From: a virus
IMG/VR virus record: IMGVR_UViG_3300022752_000023
Span: 80,421 to 144,420 of that record
DNA length: 64,000 nt
Reading direction: 5' to 3' (one strand)
This document shows positions 47,945 through 56,961 of the stretch, piece by piece. Made by a program: the position numbers and the translations under genes. Each line of letters begins with the position of its first letter. Position 1 is the first letter of the stretch. The notes under the pieces were generated by a model. It saw nothing but the letters and a program-made list of their open reading frames with translations, did no database searches and was not told where the DNA came from.

Positions 47945-48928
47945 TTACTCTCTCGCAGAGGAACCGCCGAGACTGTTAAGCAGCGCCGGGACGCCAAGAG
48001 CGCCTAAAACCGGCAACCCGATTCCCGCCCAATGTCCGCCTACGCGCGGCATGTTACGGAGCGCCTGTCGCAGGCCCGTACCGGTTAGCTTACGGCCAGC
48101 CTTACCTACGCCAGATGCGTTCTCCGCCGCAATCGCTGCTAACACGTTGGCGGCGTCGTCCGCGTTACGACCCAGCGCGCCGCCTAGAAAATTACCCCGC
48201 GCGGCGCGGGTCGCAGCATTTACGCGCCCAGTGACAGCGGCAGGCGTTGTAATACCGGCGGTTTCAAGCGGCAAACTCACGTCGCGCGGAACATAGTCGG
48301 CGCCGCGCAGGCGGCGGAGGCTATTGAGAATTTGTTTTGTCAGCGACGGGTCATTTTTTGCTTCTGGTAATTTGCGCAAATGCTTTGTGAGATTATTTGT
48401 TACACGCGTAGGGCCGCTGTTCGCGCGAAGTTGCTCAACCGTTGGTTTTAACTGTTTTGCCGCTTCATCGCCGGAGGTTAGAAACCTATCCATCTTGCCG
48501 TACGCGTCCAGCGAATTTGCGGCCTGCCTGCCGCCGTACGCGCCGGCGCCTGCGCCAGCGATGTTCAACAGCGCATTACCAGCAGAGCCGTCTTGATTTT
48601 TTGCAGCAGCGATTGCGGGCGGCGGCGTTGTTTTGGTCAGCAACATGTTCTTTGCGGCTGTTGCGCCCAGCCCGCCGATGCCGCCCATTAGCGCGTAATC
48701 GAGCATCGCGCGGCGTTTCTTTTTACCCTGTAACGCGCCAATTAACCCGCCAGCACCGGCACCCAGCGCAGCGTTCTGAAGATACGGGTTACTTAGAATT
48801 TGCGACAGGTCGGCCTGTTTGCCGAGTTCGGCTGTCACTGCCGCGACTTTCTCTACGGCAGGATCGGGGGTACAAGTCGCAATCGCGGATAGACCGCGCG
48901 CAAGTTCTTGTAGATTTATTGACGACAT
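47945..48928 (-). CDS. Glycine-zipper head-internal (candidate ejection) protein
   Basis: LGAGAGGLIG, MGGIGGLG, AGAGAGAYGG, GIGLPVLGALG segments; start MSSINL. Confidence 0.7.
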   Translation of the reverse strand: MSSINLQELARGLSAIATCTPDPAVEKVAAVTAELGKQADLSQILSNPYLQNAALGAGAGGLIGALQGKKKRRAMLDYALMGGIGGLGATAAKNMLLTKTTPPPAIAAAKNQDGSAGNALLNIAGAGAGAYGGRQAANSLDAYGKMDRFLTSGDEAAKQLKPTVEQLRANSGPTRVTNNLTKHLRKLPEAKNDPSLTKQILNSLRRLRGADYVPRDVSLPLETAGITTPAAVTGRVNAATRAARGNFLGGALGRNADDAANVLAAIAAENASGVGKAGRKLTGTGLRQALRNMPRVGGHWAGIGLPVLGALGVPALLNSLGGSSARE

Positions 48929-48929
48929 A

Positions 48930-50315
48930 TTACACCAAACCGCGAGCATGAATCTGTGATTCGAGATTGTTTTTTAACGCTTCAGCGCGAATCTTTTCCA
49001 TTTCAACAAGCTGCTTAATATCAAAATCAGCCAGCTGACCAGCTTCAAGACGCTTGCGCAGCAACGCCTGCATAGCAGCGCCAGATCCAGTGAAGTTCGG
49101 CGCAATCTCAGCGATTTGATTGTAAGCCGTTGCAATCTCGTGCGGATCGTAGCCGGAGATTACAGGGTCGTTCAAAATTAAATCGTTTAGCACGCCGCGC
49201 GATTTAATCTGCTGTAGTTTGTTCTCGTGCTCGGCATCTGACATGCGCATATACGCTTTTTGTTTTTGCGCCAGCGGATTAGTAGCTTTTTCTTCGTTAG
49301 CGCCCATCTCACTTGCGATGCCCTTGGGGCTCATGAGCTTACCGAGGTGCCCCATCGTCCCGCTGTACGATGTCAGCGGCGGAGCTGATTCCGTATCTGG
49401 TTTTTTTTTATCTTTAACCGCCGCCACCTTAAGGGCGAGCGGCGCTGTTTTCGGATCATGCAGAATAGAACCGGTAACCGTCGCGGGCGCGCTCTTTTTT
49501 TCAACAGTCGGTTGGTTTAGCGCAGCCAACTTGCTCGCGGCGTCGTTGCGCAGCTCGACGGCTTTGATCACATTTTCAACAAGCGTCACGACAGGTAGAG
49601 AACCAAAAAAGTTCTCGTTTGTGGCGGCTTGTTTTGTGAAGTGCGGATAGACGGCAGCGATCTTGTTTAATGTTGAAACGCCGATGTCGCCAAGCCGTAA
49701 CCCGACTTCGCGAACAGCGTCGGAAAACGACATGTTGCCGGGCACGCGAAAATATTGCGCCAACTCTTCCATGGCCGAAGCCGCTTTGTGGTGGGAAACT
49801 GTCGCCAGCCGCCGCACCTCGTCAGCCTCGCGACGCGTGGCCTGCTTTTCGCTATAAGCCCGCCGCGCCGCAGAGTGGTCGTCGCGCGGTGGCGGTACAT
49901 ATGTGGGCGCAGGTAGTACGCTCTTCGCGGCAGCGGCTTTGTTTAAGCTTTCATTCCGTCGGGCGATAAACCCACGCGGCGACACAGCGTACTCAGTCGA
50001 GATGATGCTGTTATTTGTTAATTCAGCAGAGGTTTTGACGTTTTTCGGATAAAGCGCATCCATGACGACGTTAACATCGGCGAGCTGGAAATCTGCGGCT
50101 TTTTCCAGCGTTGTCTCGCCCAGTTCGCGCTGCTTGTTTGTGCGTCCGGTGTTATAGGCGTGCACCATGAGATTGATGTGCCCAGCAGGAATTCCGGCGT
50201 CACTTGCGCTTTTGATAATAGCGGCGTTTGGCGTAGACCCGTCGTTGACCAGAGTGGCCGCACGCTCAATTGCGCTCAGCAATTTTTGCTCAGCTTCTTT
50301 ACTTAATGCCCGCAT
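48930..50315 (-). CDS. Head-internal protein with many K-x-A motifs
   Basis: More than 10 K-x-A sites, no Cys. Confidence 0.75.
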   Translation of the reverse strand: MRALSKEAEQKLLSAIERAATLVNDGSTPNAAIIKSASDAGIPAGHINLMVHAYNTGRTNKQRELGETTLEKAADFQLADVNVVMDALYPKNVKTSAELTNNSIISTEYAVSPRGFIARRNESLNKAAAAKSVLPAPTYVPPPRDDHSAARRAYSEKQATRREADEVRRLATVSHHKAASAMEELAQYFRVPGNMSFSDAVREVGLRLGDIGVSTLNKIAAVYPHFTKQAATNENFFGSLPVVTLVENVIKAVELRNDAASKLAALNQPTVEKKSAPATVTGSILHDPKTAPLALKVAAVKDKKKPDTESAPPLTSYSGTMGHLGKLMSPKGIASEMGANEEKATNPLAQKQKAYMRMSDAEHENKLQQIKSRGVLNDLILNDPVISGYDPHEIATAYNQIAEIAPNFTGSGAAMQALLRKRLEAGQLADFDIKQLVEMEKIRAEALKNNLESQIHARGLV

Positions 50316-51246
50316 CGGTTTTCTCCGGGTAGTGCAGTTCTTGAATCAGCCCTTGATGCTGCAAAGAACCGCCAGCCGCAATAATCATCATTTCGTCGTT
50401 ACGTAATTCTGCAGCGCCGTCATCAAAGGGTAACATTTTTATGGCTGCGGAATCTAGTTTTGTCCCCACTTTGAACGGTAATGTCGCCAGCATCGCGCCA
50501 ATGTTTTCAACAATAGTGGCCTGCGATTTAGTGGCGTTATCGCTGTTTTTCTCGATCTCTACATATTTTACAAAAGAATCGATCAGCGGTAACTGGGTGT
50601 GGCTGTTGACGGGCACGGTAAGGCTGGCAATGGCGGCCTTGTACTTCATCGAGTTCACAGCAAAATCTTGGAAAAACCCTGACACACCCGCGGCAGAATC
50701 AGGCTTCGGCATTTCAAGGCAACGGTTAATCGCAGCGTCGAGTACGTACTGGCCGCCGCGATATCCCAATAGTTTCCACAACAGGTCGTAGTGGCGTTCT
50801 TGTAGTCCGCGCGTTACAGCATCTGCCATTATAACGTTAACGACATAGTCCCTGTTAACCAGCTTCTCGCGCACATCAAAAAAGGTGTTGGCGTACGCCG
50901 CAATAGTCTCAACCTCTGTGCCGAGCTTATCCGCAATTTCTTGGTCAGACTCGCCGGCAAGAATGCGCGCTTCGATAGCCCACCGCGTTGGTTGCTTGTC
51001 GGCCGCCCATATAGAGTGCGCCCAGAACATGGCGCTGTCGCGAAGCAACGCGCCGTACAACGCGTTGGGGTCGTTATTCGCCTGCTCAAAGTGTCGCTTT
51101 AATCGCAGCGCGCGGCGAATCCACACAAAACCTTCTGCGCCGTCTAGCGCGCGCGACGCTTTACGCCCGCCGCTATCAATCTGAACAGCGCGCAACCAGC
51201 GCCAATTTGGCGGGCGCAGCGGGTTAGTGCGGAACGCGTTCAACAT
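50299..51246 (-). CDS. Hypothetical protein with possible HTH
   Basis: IEARILAGESDQEIADKLGTEVETIAAY. Confidence 0.65.
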   Translation of the reverse strand: MLNAFRTNPLRPPNWRWLRAVQIDSGGRKASRALDGAEGFVWIRRALRLKRHFEQANNDPNALYGALLRDSAMFWAHSIWAADKQPTRWAIEARILAGESDQEIADKLGTEVETIAAYANTFFDVREKLVNRDYVVNVIMADAVTRGLQERHYDLLWKLLGYRGGQYVLDAAINRCLEMPKPDSAAGVSGFFQDFAVNSMKYKAAIASLTVPVNSHTQLPLIDSFVKYVEIEKNSDNATKSQATIVENIGAMLATLPFKVGTKLDSAAIKMLPFDDGAAELRNDEMMIIAAGGSLQHQGLIQELHYPEKTDAGIK

Positions 51247-51629
51247 TAGCGCAGCGTCGGCGTGTCGACGGTAACGGAAAAGACCAGCGTCTTCGTGGCG
51301 GACGGCGTAATCTTCAGATACAGATATCTTTGCGGATTTGTCGGCGTACCGTCGCGGTTCAAGTACGAAACGTCTAGGTTATTTGTAAACGGCGTCGTCT
51401 GGTCAAACGATAAGACTTTGAACGTATCGGCTGGCAACTCGCTGTTTGGCGCCTTATCCTGCTTGCTAGAGTAAAGCGTTGCTGTGAAGTTGCCGGTCGC
51501 ACCGCCCGACGCCTCAACGAGACTGTAACCCTTGAGAATGCCGCGATGCGGCATAGGCACCGCGACCGTTGTGGCCGTGCCGCTGTTGGCTGTAAATGTA
51601 ACGCTACCGGACCATACTGTGCTGGGCAT
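51246..51629 (-). CDS. Small beta-rich virion protein (hypothetical)
   Basis: Thr/Ser-rich, AAGGTG SD. Confidence 0.7.
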   Translation of the reverse strand: MPSTVWSGSVTFTANSGTATTVAVPMPHRGILKGYSLVEASGGATGNFTATLYSSKQDKAPNSELPADTFKVLSFDQTTPFTNNLDVSYLNRDGTPTNPQRYLYLKITPSATKTLVFSVTVDTPTLR

Positions 51630-51638
51630 ATTTCACCT

Positions 51639-54020
51639 TTAGGCGTTAGCGATAGCGCCAAGATCGATATCCTGCGCGGCTTCTTCGGGATACGGCTCGA
51701 TGGTCTTCTGCTTGAGGAACAGAATGACGTCGCCCAGCATTTCAAACGCATTGCGCAGCGAGTCTTCTAATTCCGGCATATCAGCTTTGCCGTAACGTTC
51801 GGCAAACCGGTCACCGTGCCAATAGAACATAAACAAGATGCGGCCTAGTTTATCGAGGCCCTTGGTCAGCTCGCCCATGTAACGATCGACCAGCGAGTCG
51901 TCTCGCACGGCGCGCAGCATGGCGCCCACCATTGCCGTGTCGAACACTTCGCGCTGCCCACTCTGCGCGGCGTCGATGACAGAGCGAACGTCGCGCTGAT
52001 CGAGAAGCGTGTTGGGGTTGTACACGCTGCGGTCAGTTTGGCTGGCGCTCATGCCCGGCACCTGTACAGCGGTGTCGATACCGAGCTGTGTCGGGACGCT
52101 TGTGCCCATGATGCTCTCGCCGCCCATAACCGGACCCGGATCTGTGGGCGCCGACGGGGCGCCGTTGATCATCATCGGACCGCCGTACGGATCGGCATAC
52201 TTAACGCGGCACTCAAACTTGCGCTTGGCGGCCGCTTGCTTCAGGATCTCGCGCGCTGCTTCTTCGCGCAGCCCGTGATGTTCAACAAGCGTTACAAGCG
52301 CTTTGATCGGGCTGAGTCCGGCTTCTTTGTTAATAGTTACCGATGTGCCGTTGTGGTAAACGGTTAGCGCGGCGGTTTTTTGCATAAGTGCCAGCTGTGC
52401 GTCGACGAGGTTACCGGGCTGCAGGGCTGGCGGATCACTCTCGCCGCATCCACAAGCGCCTTGATCTTCGGCCGCCTCGGCGTCGTCTTCGCCCTTGGTG
52501 ACCTTGAGCAGCTTGAAACCTTCTGGCACAAAGATGTCGCCCATGCTCGCGCGCAGGCTGGCGCCCTTCTTGCCGTTCAAGTGAATACGCACGCCGTCGC
52601 GCCATTTGTCGTAGTTCAACGGGTCGGTGTAGCAGCACGCGCCAATCGAACCCTTGGGCGGATACTTCGAATGGTCTTCAAGATGCACCTCATAGACTGT
52701 GCTGCCGTTGCTGTCGCCATACTCTTTGATCACGCGAAACGGCGCTGTCGTGTCGCCACGTTTGCTGAGCGCAATGTATCGCGCGTCTTTGCTCGGCACA
52801 CTATTGGCTTCTGGCAAGCCGTCGAACCACTTGTCAAATTCCTCGCCCCCGATTCGGGCCAGAGCAAAAACTTGGTCGGCACGAGTGTTGAGCCAGTTAC
52901 GGGCCCCATCAACGCGCACCACAGTGATAAAGTTTTCGCGTTTGGCGGCGCCTTGCGGGTGTACAGCGACGTAGCAGCGCTCGATGTTGCCCGGCTTGAC
53001 GAGGATTTCGTACAAGCCGCTTTCAGTCGGGTTGAATAGCTTTTTCTCGACCTGAATGTGATACGGGATGGAGACATTGTCGCGATCGCGCTCGTCTTGA
53101 ATTAGAACGCCGTCGCGCAGTAGCTTCTCCTGATCTTCTTCGCTGTAACCGACAGGAGCTTTAGTTTGCACCGTCACGTCGTACGTAATTACTTTAAGGC
53201 CCTTTGCCGCAGCGGGTTCTTTCGGGGCTTCGGATAGCACACTGGCAATTTTTGTGTTGGCCGCGTCTTCACGAAACTTCGCCATGACCATCGCTTCGCG
53301 CACCACGTCCAGCCCGTGAAACTCGTCGATGGCTTTGGCCAGCTGCGGCGCGTGTTGGCACGTTTTAATCAACGTGGCAATTACTTCCAGCCCGGCTTGC
53401 TTTAAAAAGGTCGGCAGGTCTAGCGCTGCGCCGATTTCCTTAAAAGTTTGCGCGGTGTTTAGCGTGGCGCTCTTGGCGAGAGCCGGCATTGCCGCCGTCA
53501 TCATTTCCTTGAGCGTGGGCTGCGCCGAACCAAACTTAGCCGGGCTGCGCGAAAGCTGCGTGAAGTCGGGCTGGCGTTGCCCCATATTCGATAGGTTGCG
53601 CTCGACGCCGCTGCCCAGAATGTTGGGTTTGCGGTTAATGAGGTAATTGATCCAATTTTCCTTGAGCGGCACGAACATGTCCTGATTTTTGATATACAGG
53701 AGTTCGTGACCCTTGAGGTCGCCGTTGAGAAAAAACACCGGCGCGTACAGCCAGTTGGAACCAACCTTGAACGCGAAAACGCCGACCGCTTTGGTGTTTT
53801 CTCGGTTGCGATCGAGCAGCTGGAAGCCGATTTCGTGATCTAGCAGCTTGGGGGCCGAATCGCGCAGGTAGGCGTGCGCCAGATTGCTAAACGACTGCTC
53901 AAAAGAGGTGTCGTCGCCCTTGCCGCCTAAATCGGCATATTTGGTCTGAGTGCGGTCATACGACTTCAGCACATTCAGCCAATGCTTAACAGACGACTCT
54001 TTCGCTTTTTTGTTGTACAC
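51639..54020 (-). CDS. Large head-associated protein with K-x-A motifs
   Basis: Likely GTG start at 54020 (GGAGG SD); KYAD twice, KSAT, KQAG, KIAS, KTAA, KQAA. Confidence 0.75.
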   Translation of the reverse strand: MYNKKAKESSVKHWLNVLKSYDRTQTKYADLGGKGDDTSFEQSFSNLAHAYLRDSAPKLLDHEIGFQLLDRNRENTKAVGVFAFKVGSNWLYAPVFFLNGDLKGHELLYIKNQDMFVPLKENWINYLINRKPNILGSGVERNLSNMGQRQPDFTQLSRSPAKFGSAQPTLKEMMTAAMPALAKSATLNTAQTFKEIGAALDLPTFLKQAGLEVIATLIKTCQHAPQLAKAIDEFHGLDVVREAMVMAKFREDAANTKIASVLSEAPKEPAAAKGLKVITYDVTVQTKAPVGYSEEDQEKLLRDGVLIQDERDRDNVSIPYHIQVEKKLFNPTESGLYEILVKPGNIERCYVAVHPQGAAKRENFITVVRVDGARNWLNTRADQVFALARIGGEEFDKWFDGLPEANSVPSKDARYIALSKRGDTTAPFRVIKEYGDSNGSTVYEVHLEDHSKYPPKGSIGACCYTDPLNYDKWRDGVRIHLNGKKGASLRASMGDIFVPEGFKLLKVTKGEDDAEAAEDQGACGCGESDPPALQPGNLVDAQLALMQKTAALTVYHNGTSVTINKEAGLSPIKALVTLVEHHGLREEAAREILKQAAAKRKFECRVKYADPYGGPMMINGAPSAPTDPGPVMGGESIMGTSVPTQLGIDTAVQVPGMSASQTDRSVYNPNTLLDQRDVRSVIDAAQSGQREVFDTAMVGAMLRAVRDDSLVDRYMGELTKGLDKLGRILFMFYWHGDRFAERYGKADMPELEDSLRNAFEMLGDVILFLKQKTIEPYPEEAAQDIDLGAIANA

Positions 54021-54101
54021 GGCCAGCCTCCATGCTGCGCTCAAAATTAGGGGCAATATTAATTTACTGCCCCGAAGTCCTTATATCCTACAAAAACGGG
54101 T

Positions 54102-55982
54102 TCAAGGCTTCCACCCGCTTGTTGCGCCCGTTACGCCAAATTGTTCGCCTTGCGCTAGCGCCGGCACATAACTGCTGCCTGCTGTGTCGCTACTTAAACC
54201 GCGCTGAACGCTATTCATAAGCCCTTTTTCTTGATATGAACCCAGCATTCGGGTCATCCAGTCGGGGTCGTTTGAAATGTTTGCCATACCCCGCACCATC
54301 TCCGGCTGAAACGGCGGCGGTTCTTTATGCGCTTGAATTGTTTTAACGCCATATTTGTTTAAGTTTGTCAGCACGTTTTTACCGATCTTTGTGCCGATTG
54401 AATAGTGCAACACGGGTTTTTCTAAATAGTGCCCGGTTAACGTGTTTGGCGCGGCCGATACGCTACCTTCTCGCGGCGTCCAATTACGCTCAATAGCGGA
54501 GTAAGGCACTACGTCGTCAGGCACGTAATCGCCGTATTCGTCGGTCAGGCGTACATGATTTACAAGTCCGCGCGCCAGTAGTTCGATGTTGCGGCGATGG
54601 GCTGTAATACCGCTGTTACCCATGACCTGCCGCATAGCTTGCACAAAATAACGACGTCCTTCGCCTACGCCTTTGTGCCGGACAATTTCTGCTGGATTTG
54701 GCATACCCTCCGATATAACGTCACCAGCTTCAAGCTCATCGCCCTTTTTGACCGAAAGATTTCTCTCTGTCGGAACGTAGTGGTCCTGACCGTTAATCTG
54801 CACATAGTGGCCGCCCTGCGGAGCCGGACGAACTTCCTGCACACGGCCGTCTAGCTGCGCGTGCACGGCGCCGTCTGGGTATTTCTTCGGGACCTGTACA
54901 AGCGCGTTGAGCGCTTTAAAACCCGAAATCGCTCCCGCGCCGCCGACACCGCCAGAGTGCTTCGAGCTGATCTGGCTTTGCGTGACTGGTTCCGACAGCG
55001 CCTGTGCTGCCGCGATACCCACATAATCTCCAACAGGCGGTAAACGCCCCTTTTCCCTGTAACCCACATCTTTCGCATAAACACCGCCGTCCCCGGGGCC
55101 GCCAACAATCGGGCTGCGAACTAAGATATCTTTGGCGCCACTTTCCTTCAGATCCCGAAGTATCTTGGGCGTCAAAATTGTGTTGCGTTTATATGGCCCG
55201 ACGGCGCGCGCTAATAACGCGCCCTCGTTATCCGGGTCGTCTACGTCGGTTGGGTACCCGCGCTCTTCTAGCGCGGCGCGGCGCTCTTCGTCGGTGTCGT
55301 CGTCATCATCCGCGGTAACCAACAGCCGATGCGTCATCTGCGCCAACTGTTTACCATAGAAACCAGCGTCAGCCGTTGCGGTTTTAAGATCAATTACGCC
55401 CTTACGTGTTCCGAATGCGCCGGCAAAATACTCTACCGGCCGCAAGCCTTGGCTGTATCCGCGCAATACCGGAATTGGAATTGGATCGCCGCGATGGTCG
55501 AGATACTGCATGTCGGCGCCAAGAATTGAGTTCAGCTGAAATTTGTTGCCGACCCCAGAGCCGGCAATCTGGTGCGCCAGCGGATTGTCCTGCCCCTCGG
55601 CCTCCTTGTACACCTTGTCGAGCAGTTCTTGTTGCGCAGCCTGCGCCAGTTCAAGCAATTTAATATTGCGCTGTTTTTCATCGAGCCGTTTGTCGGCAAA
55701 AATGTCGCGCATTTGATTCTGTACGCGCAACTGAACGTGCCGCGCCGCTAGCGTCGGACGAATATCTTTGAGTCCAAACGATAAACCGTTCGTCGTGTAA
55801 CCGGCATCACGACCAATGTCGTGAAGCCGCTTCATCACGTCACGATATTTTTCTGGGTGGTTTTTTGCCAAATCGGTGGCGACGTTTGACATCGTTTTTT
55901 TAGTTAATACGCGATCATAGTCGCGCATTTCGGGCGGCAACGCTTCATTAATCAAAAGTTGTCCAAGCGTCGTCTTTAGCAT
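54102..55982 (-). CDS. rpoC: DNA-directed RNA polymerase beta' subunit, C-terminal part
   Basis: TTLGQLL.N, GL.PVEYF....GTRKG..D....TADAG (bridge helix), G.YVGI.AAQALSEP.TQ....KH.GG (trigger loop), V.KGD..EAGD.ISEG. Confidence 0.93.
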   Translation of the reverse strand: MLKTTLGQLLINEALPPEMRDYDRVLTKKTMSNVATDLAKNHPEKYRDVMKRLHDIGRDAGYTTNGLSFGLKDIRPTLAARHVQLRVQNQMRDIFADKRLDEKQRNIKLLELAQAAQQELLDKVYKEAEGQDNPLAHQIAGSGVGNKFQLNSILGADMQYLDHRGDPIPIPVLRGYSQGLRPVEYFAGAFGTRKGVIDLKTATADAGFYGKQLAQMTHRLLVTADDDDDTDEERRAALEERGYPTDVDDPDNEGALLARAVGPYKRNTILTPKILRDLKESGAKDILVRSPIVGGPGDGGVYAKDVGYREKGRLPPVGDYVGIAAAQALSEPVTQSQISSKHSGGVGGAGAISGFKALNALVQVPKKYPDGAVHAQLDGRVQEVRPAPQGGHYVQINGQDHYVPTERNLSVKKGDELEAGDVISEGMPNPAEIVRHKGVGEGRRYFVQAMRQVMGNSGITAHRRNIELLARGLVNHVRLTDEYGDYVPDDVVPYSAIERNWTPREGSVSAAPNTLTGHYLEKPVLHYSIGTKIGKNVLTNLNKYGVKTIQAHKEPPPFQPEMVRGMANISNDPDWMTRMLGSYQEKGLMNSVQRGLSSDTAGSSYVPALAQGEQFGVTGATSGWKP

Positions 55983-55983
55983 G

Positions 55984-56223
55984 TCACGGCGTCCACATTA
56001 TTTTCTGCATCGACTTCGGCTGAAACTCTGACACAACAACCGTTTTGTCGACACCCAGCGCGCGTAAAAGCGAATGAAACTCCTTTTCGCCGACTGTCGC
56101 ATAAACAACAGCTTCGTCAACCTGAATAGCAACAAATAGCGGATTGCCGAGATCGTCTTCGACAATCACGCTATGTGCTTTTTTTTCGGTCGGCTGCAGG
56201 CTGTGTTGCGTTTTAACCAGCAT
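55984..56223 (-). CDS. Hypothetical protein (79 aa) between the RNAP parts
   Basis: Packed ORF, overlaps upstream gene. Confidence 0.65.
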   Translation of the reverse strand: MLVKTQHSLQPTEKKAHSVIVEDDLGNPLFVAIQVDEAVVYATVGEKEFHSLLRALGVDKTVVVSEFQPKSMQKIMWTP

Positions 56224-56941
56224 TGTCCGCTATGCTCCGAATCATCGCGGCGATAGCGTTTGCTTTAATCTGCATTTGTGTCGGCGCGTTCGGATTAGAG
56301 ACGCTGGGACCAAACGGCCGGCCGATTGAAGAAGCCGATTTTTCAGCGCGATCCCACCACGCGGCCTTCGACGGATCAGCCTCGGGTGGCGGAGCGTTCG
56401 GCGGCATTGGTCCGCCCGGAGGCATTGGTCCGCCCGGCGGTTGCATTCCACCCTGCGCGTTCGGGTCTTGCGGCGGCGGCGCCATCGGGCCGCCGGGAAG
56501 CGCTGTTTCAGCCGGCGGCGCGCCAGTCGTACCGGGGGGTAACACCAGAGACTCCGGCGGCACCTGAACACCCATCGCGTTCATGATGGCGGTAAGTTGC
56601 TGCTGCATGTTGTACAAACGATAGTCGAGCATTTGCATCATTTGCTCGGGTTTAAGTTTTTGCTGCGCGCCAGCAGGGGCTGCGCCCGGAGCGGCGGGTG
56701 CGGCGGGCGCTGCGGGAGGTGCAGCGGGAGGCGCCATTCCCATAGCCGCAGGATCCACTGGCGGTGCAGCTGCTGCAGCAACAGCAGACGGATCGGCCGG
56801 CGGAACAGCCCCCATGGCGGCTGGATCAACCGGCGGAGCACCACCAGCAGCAGCGGGATCCACCGCCGCTCCGGGCACTAATGCGGATTTTTCAAAGCGC
56901 GCCTTCGCCAGCGCAATGAGTTCGGGGTTTACCGTGAACAT
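56213..56941 (-). CDS. Pro/Ala-rich low-complexity protein between the RNAP parts
   Basis: GGAGG SD; PPVDPAAMG repeats, central helix, EKSA twice. Confidence 0.8.
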   Translation of the reverse strand: MFTVNPELIALAKARFEKSALVPGAAVDPAAAGGAPPVDPAAMGAVPPADPSAVAAAAAPPVDPAAMGMAPPAAPPAAPAAPAAPGAAPAGAQQKLKPEQMMQMLDYRLYNMQQQLTAIMNAMGVQVPPESLVLPPGTTGAPPAETALPGGPMAPPPQDPNAQGGMQPPGGPMPPGGPMPPNAPPPEADPSKAAWWDRAEKSASSIGRPFGPSVSNPNAPTQMQIKANAIAAMIRSIADNAG

Positions 56942-56961
56942 ACAACCTCCATGTTTAACGC

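Noticed and set aside
51639-54020. Portal protein call for the large head-region ORF
   Set aside because: No portal features recognisable by eye; needs a profile or structure search
55984-56223. 79-aa ORF as a CsrA homolog (starts MLVKTQ)
   Set aside because: Lacks the R..GE.I.IG, V.IGI.AP and V.R.E motifs of CsrA
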